This document shows positions 8,097 to 21,957 of a stretch of 64,000 nt of DNA, piece by piece. How positions within the stretch are numbered: the first letter of the stretch is position 1; each line of letters begins with the position of its first letter. A model generated the notes under the pieces. It worked only from the letters and a program-made list of their open reading frames with translations. It made no database searches and was not told the DNA's origin. Origin of the DNA: an uncultured cyanobacterium (GTDB lineage Bacteria > Cyanobacteriota > Cyanobacteriia > Pseudanabaenales > Pseudanabaenaceae); assembly GCA_963703315.1 (NCBI GenBank), contig OY969811.1:2112001-2176000 (forward strand), read 5' to 3'. A program made the translations under genes and the position numbers.

Positions 8097-10772
8097 TTAG
8101 TTAAACACTAAGGTGTCATTCTCTACCGTAATTTGGATGGTGTGACCTTCGGCAAAGGTTCCTTCGAGAATTTTGGTAGCGATGGGATTTTCAATTTCTC
8201 TTTGAATAGCCCGTTTGAGTGGACGCGCACCGTAGGATGGATCGTAGCCAACGGCTGCAATATAGTCTTTGGCTTCTTCACTCAGGTTCAGAGAAATCTT
8301 GCGATCGCTCAGTCGATTCTCAATACGTTTAATTTGTAATGTGGCGATCGAGCGAATCTCATTTCTTCGTAACGCATGGAAGATTACGGTTTCATCGATG
8401 CGATTGAGAAATTCAGGGCGGAAATGTTGGCGCAACACATCGAGAACTTTATCGCGCATTTCTTCATATTTAGAATCACCGTCAAGGTTACTGGGCAAGT
8501 CTTTAGATACTTCTAAAATGCGATCGCTACCAATGTTGCTGGTCATGATGATGACTGTGTTTTTGCAATCAACTAAGCGCCCTTGACTGTCAGTAATTCT
8601 GCCATCGTCAAGCACTTGCAAGAGAATATTAAACACATCAGGATGCGCTTTCTCCACTTCATCAAATAGCACCACTGAGTAAGGATGGCGACGCACTGCT
8701 TCCGAAAATTGTCCGCCTTCTTCATAGCCAACATACCCAGGGGGCGCACCGATTAAGCGCGATACGGAATGCTTCTCCATATATTCCGACATATCAATCC
8801 GAATCATTGAGTTGTCAGCATCAAATAAAAACTCAGCAAGGGCGCGAGCCAGTTCCGTTTTACCAACACCTGTGGGACCCAAAAACAGGAAAGAACCGAG
8901 AGGACGATTGGGATCGTTCATACCTGCGCGGGCGCGGCGGATTGCTGATGCTACAGAAGTTACGGCTTCCTCTTGACCAATGACGCGATCGTGGAGATGA
9001 GTTTCTAAGGTGAGGAGTTTCTGACGTTCTGACAGTAATAACTTTTTGAGGGGAATCCCTGTCCAACGCGCCACGATTTCAGCAATATCATCTTCAGTAA
9101 CTTGTTCACGGAATAAAATCGAACCATCGGCTCTGGCGCGATTTAGTTCTAGTTCTGCTTCATCAAGATTTTTCTCTAATTCCGTCAGTTTGCCATATTT
9201 AAGTTCAGCAGCCCGATTGAGATTAAATTCCCGTTCTGCTTGTTCAATTTGCAACTTAGTTTGATCAATCTGTTCCTTCAGCGATCGCAAATTATCGATA
9301 GTATCCTTTTCCTGTTGCCAACGATCATCAAGGGCAATTTGCCGATCGCGCAATTCGTCCATTTCTTTATCAAGGCGATCGAGACGATCTTTTACAGCCT
9401 TACCACTCTTGGTTTTATAAACTACCTTACCCTCAGTTTCCGTGCGTTCGATGGGTGCAAAATCACCTTCCTTTTGCAAAGATAGTCTTTCCATTTCTAA
9501 TTGCATTAAACGGCGATCAATTTCATCGAGTTCTAAAGGTCGAGAATCAACCTCCATTTTTAACTTTGCCGCCGACTCATCCACAAGATCGATCGCTTTA
9601 TCAGGTAAGAAGCGATCGGTAATATAGCGATTGGAAAGGGTTGCCGCCGCTACTAGTGCCGAGTCAGAAATGCTGACACCATGATGAACTTCATAGCGTT
9701 CTTTTAGTCCACGCAAAATCGAAATCGTATCTTCCACTGTGGGCTGATCGACAACAACTTGTTGAAAGCGACGTTCTAAGGCGGCATCCTTCTCAATATA
9801 TTGACGATATTCATCCAAAGTTGTCGCGCCAATACAACGCAGTTCTCCTCGCGCTAACATTGGTTTGAGTAAGTTCCCCGCATCCATTGCCCCCTGCTGC
9901 GTGGCTCCTGCCCCCACCACCGTATGCAACTCGTCAATAAACAGCACAATTTTGCCATCGGAATTGAGAACTTCCTTAAGAACTGCTTTTAGTCGATCTT
10001 CAAATTCACCACGATATTTTGCGCCCGCAATTAGAGAACCCATGTCAAGGCTAATGATGGTGCGATCTTTGAGAGATTCTGGCACATCTCCACGAATGAT
10101 TCTTTGCGCTAAACCTTCAGCGATCGCTGTTTTGCCGACCCCTGGTTCGCCAATCAGCACAGGATTGTTTTTGGTACGCCGTGACAATACCTGCATCACC
10201 CGCCGAATTTCATCATCTCGCCCAATCACAGGATCGAGTTTGCCTTCCTTGGCTTGCTCTGTCAGATCGCGCCCATATTTCTCCAAAGCCGCATACTTGG
10301 CTTCAGGATTTTGATCGGTGATGGTTTGACTACCGCGTACCGCCTTAATGGTTTCCTCTAACTTTTTGCGATCAATGCTCAAATCGCGATAGAGCCGCTT
10401 ACCGAGGCGATCGTCATCGGCTAAGCCGATCAGCAAATGTTCGATCGCCATAAATTCATCACCAAAGCTCTTACGACTTTCCTCAGCGCGATCAAGCCAT
10501 ACTTCCAAATTGCGCCCTAAGTACAACTGTTCTGGACTTGCCACGCGGGGCTGTCGTCGCAAAAATTCTTCCACTTGCCGCCGCACCCGCGCCATTGGCA
10601 CAGACATTGCTGTAAAGATCGTTGCTGTTAAGCCTTCTTCCTGCTCCAATAGCGCCATTACTAAATGTTCGACTTCGAGTTGCTGATGTTGCGATCGCCT
10701 AGCGACCTCTTGCGATTTGACGATCGCTTCCCATGCTTTTTCAGTAAATTTTTTCGGATCGGTTGGTTGCAT
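8097..10772 (-). CDS. clpB: ATP-dependent chaperone ClpB
   Basis: Two AAA+ modules ([16 protein letters not shown]), coiled-coil M domain (AAELKYG), GAPPGYVGY loop. Confidence 0.97.
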   Translation of the reverse strand: MQPTDPKKFTEKAWEAIVKSQEVARRSQHQQLEVEHLVMALLEQEEGLTATIFTAMSVPMARVRRQVEEFLRRQPRVASPEQLYLGRNLEVWLDRAEESRKSFGDEFMAIEHLLIGLADDDRLGKRLYRDLSIDRKKLEETIKAVRGSQTITDQNPEAKYAALEKYGRDLTEQAKEGKLDPVIGRDDEIRRVMQVLSRRTKNNPVLIGEPGVGKTAIAEGLAQRIIRGDVPESLKDRTIISLDMGSLIAGAKYRGEFEDRLKAVLKEVLNSDGKIVLFIDELHTVVGAGATQQGAMDAGNLLKPMLARGELRCIGATTLDEYRQYIEKDAALERRFQQVVVDQPTVEDTISILRGLKERYEVHHGVSISDSALVAAATLSNRYITDRFLPDKAIDLVDESAAKLKMEVDSRPLELDEIDRRLMQLEMERLSLQKEGDFAPIERTETEGKVVYKTKSGKAVKDRLDRLDKEMDELRDRQIALDDRWQQEKDTIDNLRSLKEQIDQTKLQIEQAEREFNLNRAAELKYGKLTELEKNLDEAELELNRARADGSILFREQVTEDDIAEIVARWTGIPLKKLLLSERQKLLTLETHLHDRVIGQEEAVTSVASAIRRARAGMNDPNRPLGSFLFLGPTGVGKTELARALAEFLFDADNSMIRIDMSEYMEKHSVSRLIGAPPGYVGYEEGGQFSEAVRRHPYSVVLFDEVEKAHPDVFNILLQVLDDGRITDSQGRLVDCKNTVIIMTSNIGSDRILEVSKDLPSNLDGDSKYEEMRDKVLDVLRQHFRPEFLNRIDETVIFHALRRNEIRSIATLQIKRIENRLSDRKISLNLSEEAKDYIAAVGYDPSYGARPLKRAIQREIENPIATKILEGTFAEGHTIQITVENDTLVFN

Positions 10773-10959
10773 TGGCTTTGGTTACAGCAGGTCGTGGGGA
10801 TGACTAACGTTAGTTAAGATAAGTTTACATTATTGTCAAAGGCTATATAACGCTTTTCAAGCAAGCGGAGTATGGGATTGTTTCCCCGCCTTCGGCGGGG
10901 AAACAATCCCATACAGGTGATCACCTAGTTATTGAGTAATAGAATCTCTACTTCCGTAA

Positions 10960-12615
10960 TTATTTGAGAATTAAATAAAGTTCACTACTTTGCTTGCTTA
11001 AATCATTGCTGGTACTAGCAAAACCGCTTGTTTGCACATATTTAAAAACTTGTGCAAGAGGAGAATTGCTAATATTTTGAACGATTTCACTGGCGGCGTT
11101 GAGGTTGACAAGGCTGGTCTGGAACCAAGAAAGATCGAGATTTTTGTCAATATAACCGTAGTTTAGGCGATCGCTTGGTAACTTTGCCAAAATAGCTTTA
11201 AAACTCTTAGATGCTGCGATTGATTGACTATCTTTGAGGGTTAATGCAGATTCTAAAACTGGTAAAGAACTTGATAGATATACATACTCTTTAGTCTGAG
11301 TATGCGCCACCACCACATTTCCTGAGACTTCAGACTTGTCGCTAGCCGAGAGCTTTGTCCAGATGGTCACAGGTTGAGTCTTCAGTGAGATTTCACCAAC
11401 GGTAAGCTTATTTCTGGCAATGTCATCAAGAGCAGCGATCGCTGTTTTCGTAGTATTTGCATCTTCTACTTTTGCCACTAGTAACCAATCAGGATGGCTA
11501 TTTGGTTTGGGAAGTACCGCGATCGCATAGTCTTGCTGTACCCATGCCAAAGCATTACTATCTAGAGAGATAGGAGCGATCGCCTTGGCTAATAATTGTT
11601 TCCATTCGGGCAGTAATGTATCTTGCAGACCTTGCAAAGTTGCACCGAGATTATGACCAATGATTACGGAACTAGCCGCCGCAGGGATTGCTTTCGTAAT
11701 ATTGCTAGAGGATTTTTGAGAAGATGCCAGCTTAGATGCCAACTTAGTTGCTTGAAGATCAGCGTTGCTACTACTTGCCACAGTTAACGCAGTTTTCACC
11801 CTAATTCCCGACTTGTCAAAACTAAAGCCCATTAATAAACTTTCTTTAGGCAAATCTTCATCTAGTTCCGCCAAATTCACATAAGCGACACCGACTTTAC
11901 CTGTATTTTTACCACTATCTAGTTGTATGAGGCGATCGCTATAGGTATCGAGACTCGTCAACGCTAAGTTTGGCGATTTGAAATCATCGATCGCACTATG
12001 TAACACCCTTGCATCATTGGCAAATAAGACGAACTTACCCAACGTTGTCCCCGCGATCGCAGGTTTGTCGTCCACAAAACTCGTACTTAAAATGGAAATG
12101 CCCTGATATTGCTCAAAGCCGATATCAGAGCCATTCACCGCTAATCTTTGCCAAAAAGCATCAATACTCGTTTTGGCAAGTTCCACATCTTTAGCCGCAA
12201 AAGCTAATAAATAGCCTGTTTGCAATCCATTAGTAGGTTGATGATCCAGATCAACATCGGTCACAGCTAAGGTAATCTCGCGATCGTGCCAAGGCTGAAT
12301 ATCGCGCTCGTAGTCTAGCAACCAGTTTTGTTGCAATTGCTGTTTGAGATGAGTCAATTCACGCCGCACATCGCCGCGATCGCTGGGTGGTGCTGCCAAC
12401 TTGGCAAATAGTCCTAATTTTTCAGGATTGACCAAAAATGAAATAAAGGCAGGTGATTTTTGCGGCAACAGTTGCACCGCTTCAGGTTGGGCTTTGACAC
12501 CGCGTAAGACATCGCGTGGATTGGCTGCAAATACCTTGGCGATCGTATTCAAACTCAGCACTAGCAGCAAAGCTCCTAGTACGGCAATTCCCACAAAAAC
12601 AGGTTTGATTTTCAT
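10960..12615 (-). CDS. DUF3352-family exported protein
   Basis: Signal-like N-terminus; LDYERDIQPW..EITLAV..D.D....NG...GYLL pattern typical of cyanobacterial DUF3352. Confidence 0.75.
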   Translation of the reverse strand: MKIKPVFVGIAVLGALLLVLSLNTIAKVFAANPRDVLRGVKAQPEAVQLLPQKSPAFISFLVNPEKLGLFAKLAAPPSDRGDVRRELTHLKQQLQQNWLLDYERDIQPWHDREITLAVTDVDLDHQPTNGLQTGYLLAFAAKDVELAKTSIDAFWQRLAVNGSDIGFEQYQGISILSTSFVDDKPAIAGTTLGKFVLFANDARVLHSAIDDFKSPNLALTSLDTYSDRLIQLDSGKNTGKVGVAYVNLAELDEDLPKESLLMGFSFDKSGIRVKTALTVASSSNADLQATKLASKLASSQKSSSNITKAIPAAASSVIIGHNLGATLQGLQDTLLPEWKQLLAKAIAPISLDSNALAWVQQDYAIAVLPKPNSHPDWLLVAKVEDANTTKTAIAALDDIARNKLTVGEISLKTQPVTIWTKLSASDKSEVSGNVVVAHTQTKEYVYLSSSLPVLESALTLKDSQSIAASKSFKAILAKLPSDRLNYGYIDKNLDLSWFQTSLVNLNAASEIVQNISNSPLAQVFKYVQTSGFASTSNDLSKQSSELYLILK

Positions 12616-12621
12616 AAAGTC

Positions 12622-15600
12622 CTACTTAATCAATCTAATAATTTCTTGTATATTAATGGGTTTACTAATGTAAGTATTCATCCCTGCATCTAAACAAGCT
12701 TGACGATCTTCAGGCATGGCATTAGCGGTCATGGCGACAATCTGCACTTGATATTTGGAATTCATCAAGTATTCACGAATTAACTTGGTTGCAGTTAAAC
12801 CATCCATTTCAGGCATCTGCACATCCATAAAAATGAGATCATAGATTTGTTTCTGTACTGCCTCTACAGCTTCTAAACCATTGTTAGCTAAATCTGTCTG
12901 ATATCCAAGTTTTTGCAACAATCTAGTGGCTACCATTTGATTAACTCTGTTGTCCTCGACTAGCAAAATCCGTAGAGGAAACATTTCGGCAAGTTTATCA
13001 TTAGCTAGTAATTGATTGGCTTTGGGAGCTATTGATGCTTGTGGTTGCGCGATCGCGGAGCTAACTGATACAGAGGTCGTAAAATAGAATGTGGAACCTT
13101 GAGAAGGCTCTTGAGTTTGCCAATTTAAAGGGGGATTGCCCCCAACTTGACCAAAGCTCTCCACCCAAATTCTGCCACCCATCAATTCGACAAGGCGCTT
13201 ACTAATTACCAGTCCCAAACCAGTGCCGCCATATTTACGACTAATCGAAGCATCGGCTTGGGTAAATGCTTGAAATAATTGCTGAAGCCGATCGCCTTGG
13301 ATACCAATACCTGTATCAGCGATCGCAAACTCTAGTTGATATTTGCCATATTGATTAGCTTTCAAAAATCGCCCGTTGACGGAAATTGATACCTGTCCCT
13401 GTGGTGTAAATTTAATCGCATTGCCAATTAGGTTTAATAGAATTTGACGTAAACGAGTCTGATCGCCGATCAATAGGTTGGGAATGTCAGGCGCGATCAT
13501 ATATTGGAGATCAATATTTTTGGTGATCGCTTGACTATGGAGAATGTCACCAACGCTACTCACCACATTTTGCAAACAAAATTCCCTTGACTCAATGGTT
13601 AACATCCCCGATTCAATTTTGGAGAAATCGAGAATGTCATTGATCACTGCTAATAGGACTTCACCACTTTCCGCAATTGTGTTCACAAAATCTTGCTGCT
13701 CTTTAGTTAATTCCGTAGTTTGGAGCATCTGTGTCATGCCAATCACGCCATTCATGGGAGTACGGATTTCATGACTCATGTTAGCGAGAAACTCACTTTT
13801 TGCTTTAGTTGCAGCTTCCGCGGTTTCTTTGGCTTTCGCCAACACTATTTCCGCCTGTTTGCGATCGCTAATATCTGTCGAGATAATTGTGACAGACCAA
13901 GCATTTTGAGTAGCATCCCAACATGAATGATTAGTTTGGGAAATCCATCGCCAAGTTCCATTTTTATGCAGTATCCGATAAACATATGTTCCTGAACATT
14001 CTGTACGGATATCTGCAAAAACTTGTGCTTCTATGGGTTGCCAATCTTCAGGATTAATGATGCTCAGCCACAATGATTTATCGGTAATTAATTCTCCTGA
14101 AGTATAGCCACAAACATCCTTACAACCTTTGGAAACATAAACAATTTCCCAATCTCCATCTGGTTTTAAAAGTAATCTGGTAACTGCTGCTGCGACACTA
14201 TTTAAGATGTCATTGAGTTTGTTTTCTGAAACCTGCAAAGCAACTTCCAATCGTTTGCGATCGCTAATATCTATAATTGTGCCAACTAATTTGATTACCT
14301 GTCCCTGATCATTGCGGATTGCTTCCCCTCGGCTGATGATGTAACAGATTGAACCATCGGGACGGATGATTCCATGTTCTTCGGTGTAGGGTGTGCCATG
14401 CGCGATCGCTTCCTCTACCGCTTTACGCAGTTTCGGCTGATCATCTTTAGGAAGCAGATCAAAAAAGTTGGCATAGCTTGGTAAGGGTAGATTTGGATCA
14501 AATCCCAAAATCTGGAATTGTTCGGCTGACCAATTACTCGTCCCAGTTGCGACATCAAATGTCCAACTTCCCACACGGGCAATGCGTTGAACTTCTGTTA
14601 AGGCGATCGTTTTATTGGCAACCTCCCACTCCAAATCCTGCTCATAATTTAAGCGCATTTGATCAGCATCACGAAGGTCGTGCATCATCTGGTGTAACGC
14701 TTCTGTTAAGACCCTTAGTTCATGAATGTTGGTATCTGGGATTGGTTGCTCAAGACGACTTTCAGCAAAAGATCTGGCGGTTTGCGTGAGTTGCAATAGC
14801 GATCGCGTAATTCGGCGAGATGTCCAAATACCGATTCCCACAGCAGTCAACAGCGCTAACCCGCATAATAGAATTGTGCGTTCAACATTAGCGCGAATTT
14901 GCACTGTAAAGTCTGACTCTGGAACTACAGTGACAATCAGCCAATTTAATCCATAAGTATCGTTGTAGGGAGTGACATTTAAGAAATAATGATTACCATT
15001 GCTCCAAAAATTTATCCTTTGTGGCGATCGCAGCGTTGTCAAATCCGTAAAAGTAGACTTGAGATATTGATAAGAACGTTGAATGTCAGGTTCAGCAATA
15101 TCTTGAGCCGATAACCGATTAAACTTCCGAGTTCCAAATTGAGCGATTCTATTGAAATTACTTGGATCTGTTACAAAATAGGAAGCTTGAGTAGTGGAAT
15201 TGGCAATTAGTAAGCCATTGTTCTCAATGATAAAGACCTTGCCTGTATGACCTACCTTTAAACTACTCAAAAATTGACTTAATTGATTAAGGCTGATATT
15301 AACCGCAAAAACACCTAATAAATTTTGGGTTTTGCCATAAAAAGGTTGATAGGCATTAAGAGCCAAGAGATTCGTACTACCAATTAAAAAGGGTTTGCTC
15401 CAGCCTGCTTTTTTTGTTTCCACCGCTAGCCGATACCAAGGGCGATCGCGCACATCACTATTTGAGAAAGTTTCCAAAAAGCGAACTAGATCTCCTGAAG
15501 CATTGATACTGTAGAGGTCAAATTCTTTACTAGATGGAAATGGCTTTGATAAGCCTGCTTCGTATGGCATATCATCAGATCTTAGTGACGAATTGCTCCC

Positions 15601-16005
15601 CAACTCACGAGGATTCACGTAATGACAGATCCTAAAATCTCCCTGAGGAGTTCCGAATAAAAACGTTGTTAAATCACTATTTTGCAGATGCTGAAGAATG
15701 AGATAGCGGTGCAGTTGGTCAAGATTTTGCAAGCTAATCACTCCTGACTCGATCGCCGCAATATGACGCTGATTGGCATTATGGGCAGTCTTCAAATAAC
15801 GGTCTAGCTTTTGAGTGACTTGCTGCCCCGTATTTTCCATCAGTTGATTGGTGATTTCCTCGATCGCCTCTTGCCCACTCCGATAGGAAAGATAACCGAC
15901 TAAACCAACTACACCAAACACTTGCAGCACAAATGGAAGCACAATCACCCATTGCAATGATGTGTTAAAAAAAGGCGATCGCTTTGGCTGCTGATTGTCC
16001 TTCAT
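12622..16005 (-). CDS. Hybrid sensor histidine kinase (Cache, HAMP, 2 PAS, HisKA, HATPase, REC)
   Basis: RDRPWY Cache motif, two TM segments, FLANMSHEIRTPMNG H-box, GGTGLGL G-box, receiver LLVEDN...FMDVQMPEMDG. Confidence 0.95.
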   Translation of the reverse strand: MKDNQQPKRSPFFNTSLQWVIVLPFVLQVFGVVGLVGYLSYRSGQEAIEEITNQLMENTGQQVTQKLDRYLKTAHNANQRHIAAIESGVISLQNLDQLHRYLILQHLQNSDLTTFLFGTPQGDFRICHYVNPRELGSNSSLRSDDMPYEAGLSKPFPSSKEFDLYSINASGDLVRFLETFSNSDVRDRPWYRLAVETKKAGWSKPFLIGSTNLLALNAYQPFYGKTQNLLGVFAVNISLNQLSQFLSSLKVGHTGKVFIIENNGLLIANSTTQASYFVTDPSNFNRIAQFGTRKFNRLSAQDIAEPDIQRSYQYLKSTFTDLTTLRSPQRINFWSNGNHYFLNVTPYNDTYGLNWLIVTVVPESDFTVQIRANVERTILLCGLALLTAVGIGIWTSRRITRSLLQLTQTARSFAESRLEQPIPDTNIHELRVLTEALHQMMHDLRDADQMRLNYEQDLEWEVANKTIALTEVQRIARVGSWTFDVATGTSNWSAEQFQILGFDPNLPLPSYANFFDLLPKDDQPKLRKAVEEAIAHGTPYTEEHGIIRPDGSICYIISRGEAIRNDQGQVIKLVGTIIDISDRKRLEVALQVSENKLNDILNSVAAAVTRLLLKPDGDWEIVYVSKGCKDVCGYTSGELITDKSLWLSIINPEDWQPIEAQVFADIRTECSGTYVYRILHKNGTWRWISQTNHSCWDATQNAWSVTIISTDISDRKQAEIVLAKAKETAEAATKAKSEFLANMSHEIRTPMNGVIGMTQMLQTTELTKEQQDFVNTIAESGEVLLAVINDILDFSKIESGMLTIESREFCLQNVVSSVGDILHSQAITKNIDLQYMIAPDIPNLLIGDQTRLRQILLNLIGNAIKFTPQGQVSISVNGRFLKANQYGKYQLEFAIADTGIGIQGDRLQQLFQAFTQADASISRKYGGTGLGLVISKRLVELMGGRIWVESFGQVGGNPPLNWQTQEPSQGSTFYFTTSVSVSSAIAQPQASIAPKANQLLANDKLAEMFPLRILLVEDNRVNQMVATRLLQKLGYQTDLANNGLEAVEAVQKQIYDLIFMDVQMPEMDGLTATKLIREYLMNSKYQVQIVAMTANAMPEDRQACLDAGMNTYISKPINIQEIIRLIK

Positions 16006-16025
16006 GGAATGAATATAATAAAAAT

Positions 16026-16072
16026 CCTAAGAATCGAGTGGCGGCGCGAAGCGCCGCCACTCGATTCTTAGG
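16026..16072. repeat. REP-like palindrome with GGCGGCGCGAAGCGCCGCC core
   Basis: Long-stem hairpin; family members at about 19968, 20051, 21911, 26050, 26606, 27180, 28493, 31280, 31352, 34545, 45648 and 46567. Confidence 0.8.
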
Positions 16073-16178
16073 TTATACAAAAACTAAAAATAGCATAGCC
16101 ATTTTTAGTTTTTGTATAACCCTTATTGGGTTTGGTTTTTAATTCACGAAAGTGTTGTCACACTTTCGTGAATTGGTA

Positions 16179-16181
<3 letters not shown>
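16073..16181 (+). mobile_element. MITE-like family B copy; its right end overlaps the pgm stop codon
   Basis: High similarity to 6476-6582. Confidence 0.75.
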
Positions 16182-17825
<1,644 letters not shown>

Positions 17826-18057
17826 CTAAACCATGCTCTAAAAAATGCTCTAAACAATTCTAAAAAGCCCATACCTTTAGGCTTGATTTAATTTTACGAG
17901 TCATTGGTTAGCTAGACACAGAAAAATTCAACCTCAGCAGAGGCTTTTAGGGTTTTCCTTTCGATAGATATTTGCGATCGCGCGATCCCATTGATTGAGG
18001 AACATGGTAAGTTAAGTTTAGTTAAGAAATTATTTTGAACATCAGGCTCTTTGCTAT

Positions 18058-19944
18058 ATGAAATCCTCTTGGAGAACTGCACTGCTGTGGTTACTGCCCA
18101 TAGCGATCATCGGCTTTTTTGGCTGGCAGACTTTAGTTGCTCGTCCTGCCCCTAGCCGTCCCACTGTAAATGCGGCAAATACCCGCATTGCCTACGGAAG
18201 ATTCCTTGAATATCTCGACGAACATCGGGTACGCAAGGTTGACATTTTTGATGGTGGTCGCACGGCGGTAATCGTAGCAAGCGATCCCCAAATTGAAGGT
18301 AAAGAGCAACGCGCTAGAGTTGACTTACCAATATATGCCCCTGAGTTGATGGACAAACTCAACGAAGGCGGTGTGGATTTGGCAATCTATCCACCTAGCA
18401 ACAATAGTGCGATTTGGGGCTTTGTTAGTAATTTAATTTTCCCTGTAGCTCTGCTTGCAGGTTTATTTTTCTTGTTCCGTCGCTCCAATCAAATGGGTGG
18501 ACCGGGACAAGCAATGGACTTCGGTAAGTCGAAAGCGCGTTTCGCAATGGATGCGAAGACGGGCGTAATGTTTGATGATGTTGCTGGCATCGAAGAAGCA
18601 AAGGAAGAACTGCAAGAAGTTGTCACTTTCTTGAAGAAGCCCGAACGCTTTACTGCGGTTGGTGCAAAGATTCCTAAGGGCGTTTTGTTGATTGGTCCTC
18701 CTGGGACAGGTAAAACTTTGCTTGCCAAAGCGATCGCTGGCGAAGCAGGTGTACCTTTCTTCTCCGTATCTGGTTCGGAATTTGTCGAAATGTTCGTTGG
18801 AGTCGGTGCATCCCGTGTACGCGACTTGTTTAAGAAGGCTAAGGAAAATGCACCTTGCATCATCTTTATCGATGAAATTGATGCCGTAGGTCGTCAACGT
18901 GGTGCTGGTATTGGCGGCGGTAACGATGAACGAGAGCAAACCCTGAACCAAATCCTTACAGAAATGGATGGTTTTGAAGGTAACTCTGGTGTGATCGTGA
19001 TTGCGGCAACTAACCGCGCCGATGTGCTTGACTCCGCACTATTACGTCCCGGTCGCTTCGATCGCCAAATTGGTGTTGATCCACCTGATATCAAGGGTCG
19101 TCTACAAGTTTTGAATGTTCATGCTCGCGATAAAAAGATTAGTCCTGAAGTTTCCCTAGAAGCGATCGCTCGTCGTACTCCCGGATTTGCAGGTGCGGAT
19201 CTTGCTAACCTGCTCAATGAAGCCGCGATTCTCACCGCCCGTCGTCGTAAGGATGCGATGACAATGGCAGAAATCGATGATGCTGTAGATAGAATCATTG
19301 CTGGTCTGGAAGGAAAAGCCCTTGTCGATAGCCGTAACAAGCGCTTGATTGCCTATCACGAAGTTGGTCATGCGATCGTTGGTACTTTGATGAAGGATCA
19401 TGACCCAGTTCAAAAAGTTACCCTCATTCCTAGAGGTCAAGCGGCTGGTTTGACATGGTTTACTCCCGATGAAGAACAAACCCTAGTTTCTCGCGGTCAA
19501 ATCCTTGCTCGGATCACGGCCGCCCTCGGTGGTCGTGCTGCTGAAGAAGCAGTCTTTGGCTCTGCGGAAGTAACTACTGGTGCGGGTGGTGACTTACAAC
19601 AAGTAAGCGGCATGGCGCGTCAGATGGTCACTCGTTTTGGTATGTCCAATATTGGTCAACTTGCCCTCGAAGGTCAAAGTTCGGAAGTATTTCTCGGACG
19701 CAGCATGGGTGGTGGATCGCAATATTCGGAAGATATTTCCGCAAAAATTGATCAACAGGTTCGCGAAATTGTACAGAAATGCTATCAAACCGCACTTCAG
19801 ATCGTGTATGAAAATCGAGCAGCGATCGATCGCGTTGTCGATCTTCTCGTTGAAGCAGAAACTCTCGATGGTGAAGAGTTCCGTCGCATTATTTCTGAGT
19901 ACACCTCTGTTCCTGTAAAAGAACGCTTTGTACCTCAAATCTAG
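18058..19944 (+). CDS. ftsH: ATP-dependent zinc metalloprotease FtsH (FtsH2-like)
   Basis: Two TM segments, [16 protein letters not shown] zinc motif. Confidence 0.97.
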   Translation: MKSSWRTALLWLLPIAIIGFFGWQTLVARPAPSRPTVNAANTRIAYGRFLEYLDEHRVRKVDIFDGGRTAVIVASDPQIEGKEQRARVDLPIYAPELMDKLNEGGVDLAIYPPSNNSAIWGFVSNLIFPVALLAGLFFLFRRSNQMGGPGQAMDFGKSKARFAMDAKTGVMFDDVAGIEEAKEELQEVVTFLKKPERFTAVGAKIPKGVLLIGPPGTGKTLLAKAIAGEAGVPFFSVSGSEFVEMFVGVGASRVRDLFKKAKENAPCIIFIDEIDAVGRQRGAGIGGGNDEREQTLNQILTEMDGFEGNSGVIVIAATNRADVLDSALLRPGRFDRQIGVDPPDIKGRLQVLNVHARDKKISPEVSLEAIARRTPGFAGADLANLLNEAAILTARRRKDAMTMAEIDDAVDRIIAGLEGKALVDSRNKRLIAYHEVGHAIVGTLMKDHDPVQKVTLIPRGQAAGLTWFTPDEEQTLVSRGQILARITAALGGRAAEEAVFGSAEVTTGAGGDLQQVSGMARQMVTRFGMSNIGQLALEGQSSEVFLGRSMGGGSQYSEDISAKIDQQVREIVQKCYQTALQIVYENRAAIDRVVDLLVEAETLDGEEFRRIISEYTSVPVKERFVPQI

Positions 19945-19967
19945 AATCTTTAGCAAACCCAGAAAAT

Positions 19968-20105
19968 AAGTGGCGGCGCTTCGCGCCGTCACTCATATAC
20001 AAAAAAGTAGGGGCAGTTCATGAACTGCCCCTACTTTTTTGTGGCGTTATAAAACCAAAAAGATTGATAGCGGCGCTTCGCGCCGCTATCAATCTTTTTG
20101 GTTTT
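19968..20105. repeat. Cluster of three palindromes, including a GTAG-type REP-like perfect palindrome
   Basis: 19968-19994; 19999-20042 (core gtaggggcagttcatgaactgcccctac); 20051-20105. Confidence 0.7.
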
Positions 20106-20194
20106 GATGAAAAAACTTTTCGGAATAGGTTAATCTCTTTCATAGGGGTTTTATAGCTATAAAACCCCTTCCTAATTTTAGAAATAAGCCCTTT

Positions 20195-20905
20195 ATGTCT
20201 CCATTGCCCGAACCAATTTTACTGCCCAATAATTTAGAAGATGCCACCGAGCAAGCGATCGCGGCTACCCATCAAGCGATCGCTGATGGCGCTACTCGTG
20301 TAATCGCGGATCTCAGATTTCCTGAACTGAAGGTATTGCCGATCGCTTACGAATTTGCGACTAGTTTTAATCAACGCTATGGCAACGCATGGCAAGCTAT
20401 TTTTTCGGACGCTGGGGCGGCGGCACTGGCAAAACGCGAGTGGGCAGATCTTGATGTATCGGTACGCGGTGTCAATGAAGGGCGCAGGGCAATTCGGGAA
20501 GAAGATAAAGCTTTTTTGTTAGTTGAGCCAAGCTCGGTTGAAGTCGATCAGGTGGAAAAGTTGGTGCAATTAGCAGGCGATCGCCCCTTTGTGATTCTCA
20601 ATCCTCGCCTTGAAAATAGTGAAGTGGGATTAGGACTATCAGCAAGACGAATGCGCGATCGCTTTTTAAGTACTTTTGAATCTGCCTATTACATTAAACC
20701 CTTAGAACTTGGTGCATTGTGGCGTTGCTACCCGCAAACATGGCAAGTATGGCAACAAACTGAAGAGGGAATGCAAAAACTGGCTGAAGTAGCACAACGC
20801 CCCTCTAGTGATGATATTGATCGCCTATTTCGTCAAAAGACTGGCAAACAGTCAGGATCATTTTTAGGACAATTGCAACAGTTTTTTAATGCATTGTCTC
20901 GCTAA
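20195..20905 (+). CDS. DUF1995 family protein
   Basis: FPELK, DAGAAALAKREW, LNPRLE, GALWRCYP.TWQ patterns. Confidence 0.85.
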   Translation: MSPLPEPILLPNNLEDATEQAIAATHQAIADGATRVIADLRFPELKVLPIAYEFATSFNQRYGNAWQAIFSDAGAAALAKREWADLDVSVRGVNEGRRAIREEDKAFLLVEPSSVEVDQVEKLVQLAGDRPFVILNPRLENSEVGLGLSARRMRDRFLSTFESAYYIKPLELGALWRCYPQTWQVWQQTEEGMQKLAEVAQRPSSDDIDRLFRQKTGKQSGSFLGQLQQFFNALSR

Positions 20906-20968
20906 AAGAGTCACTAGTTAGATTTTGTATAGCGCGGCTTTGCCGCGCTATACAAAATCGCTTCCTTT

Positions 20969-21019
20969 CAGTCATCTTTAGATGACTTTAGCTTTTAGCC
21001 AAGAACTTGAGTTCTTGGT
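20969..21019. repeat. Dispersed repeat (CCAAGAAC-TTGA-GTTCTTGG family)
   Basis: Reverse complement of part of 43550-43600. Confidence 0.65.
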
Positions 21020-21038
21020 GACTTGTGTGTATATCGTA

Positions 21039-21079
21039 GAAAAAAGAGAGGGGACACTTTGTGTCCCCTCTCTTTTTTT
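21039..21079 (-). terminator. Terminator hairpin downstream of rpe
   Basis: aaaaaagagaggggacac-ttt-gtgtcccctctctttttt. Confidence 0.7.
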
Positions 21080-21083
21080 GGGA

Positions 21084-21773
21084 TTAAGCAGTCACTAACT
21101 CAGGGCGCTTGCTATTGCGAATACCGTCGATCGCCTTTGCATAGTCAGGAGCATTAAATACTGCCGAACCAGCCACGATCGCATTAGCACCAGCTTCCAA
21201 AACTTGCCAAGTGTTATTTGCCTTCAGACCACCATCAACCTCGATCCAAGGATCAAGTCCGCGATCGTCACACATTTGACGCAACTTCGCGATTTTAGGG
21301 ATCACATTAGGAATAAAGCTCTGACCACCAAATCCGGGGTTGACGCTCATGATTAACACCAAGTCGCAAAGATCGAGAACATACTCAATAAAGCTCAAGG
21401 GAGTCGAAGGATTGAGGGATACACCAGCGAGTTTGCCGAGTTCCTTAATTTGGCAAAGATTGCGATGCAAGTGAGGACAAGCGGTATGCTCAGCATGAAC
21501 GGTGATGATATCTGCACCAGCCTTTGCAAAGTCAGGTACATATCTTTCTGGCTCCGCAATCATCAAATGCACATCTAAAATTTTGGTGGTGACGGGACGA
21601 ATCGCCGAAACAACTAATGGACCAATGGTGATATTCGGTACAAAACGACCATCCATCACATCAACGTGAATCCAATCTGCACCCGCCGCATCAACTGCAC
21701 GAATGTCGTCACCCAAACGGCTAAAGTCAGCAGACAGGATCGAGGGGGAAATAACTGTGGACTTTTTAGGCAT
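21084..21773 (-). CDS. rpe: Ribulose-phosphate 3-epimerase
   Basis: [38 protein letters not shown]. Confidence 0.98.
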   Translation of the reverse strand: MPKKSTVISPSILSADFSRLGDDIRAVDAAGADWIHVDVMDGRFVPNITIGPLVVSAIRPVTTKILDVHLMIAEPERYVPDFAKAGADIITVHAEHTACPHLHRNLCQIKELGKLAGVSLNPSTPLSFIEYVLDLCDLVLIMSVNPGFGGQSFIPNVIPKIAKLRQMCDDRGLDPWIEVDGGLKANNTWQVLEAGANAIVAGSAVFNAPDYAKAIDGIRNSKRPELVTA

Positions 21774-21957
21774 ATGATTTACGGGGGGGCTTGGCTTAAC
21801 AAAAATCTAAAAAACAGCTAAGAATGGTAATTTAAATTACAGTCTTGTATTAATTATTAATTAAATTTAGCAGTTTTGATCGGCAGAATCATAATTTATC
21901 ACTACAAACCCAAAAGAGAGTGGCGGCGCTTTGCGCCGCCACTCTCTTTTGATAAGC

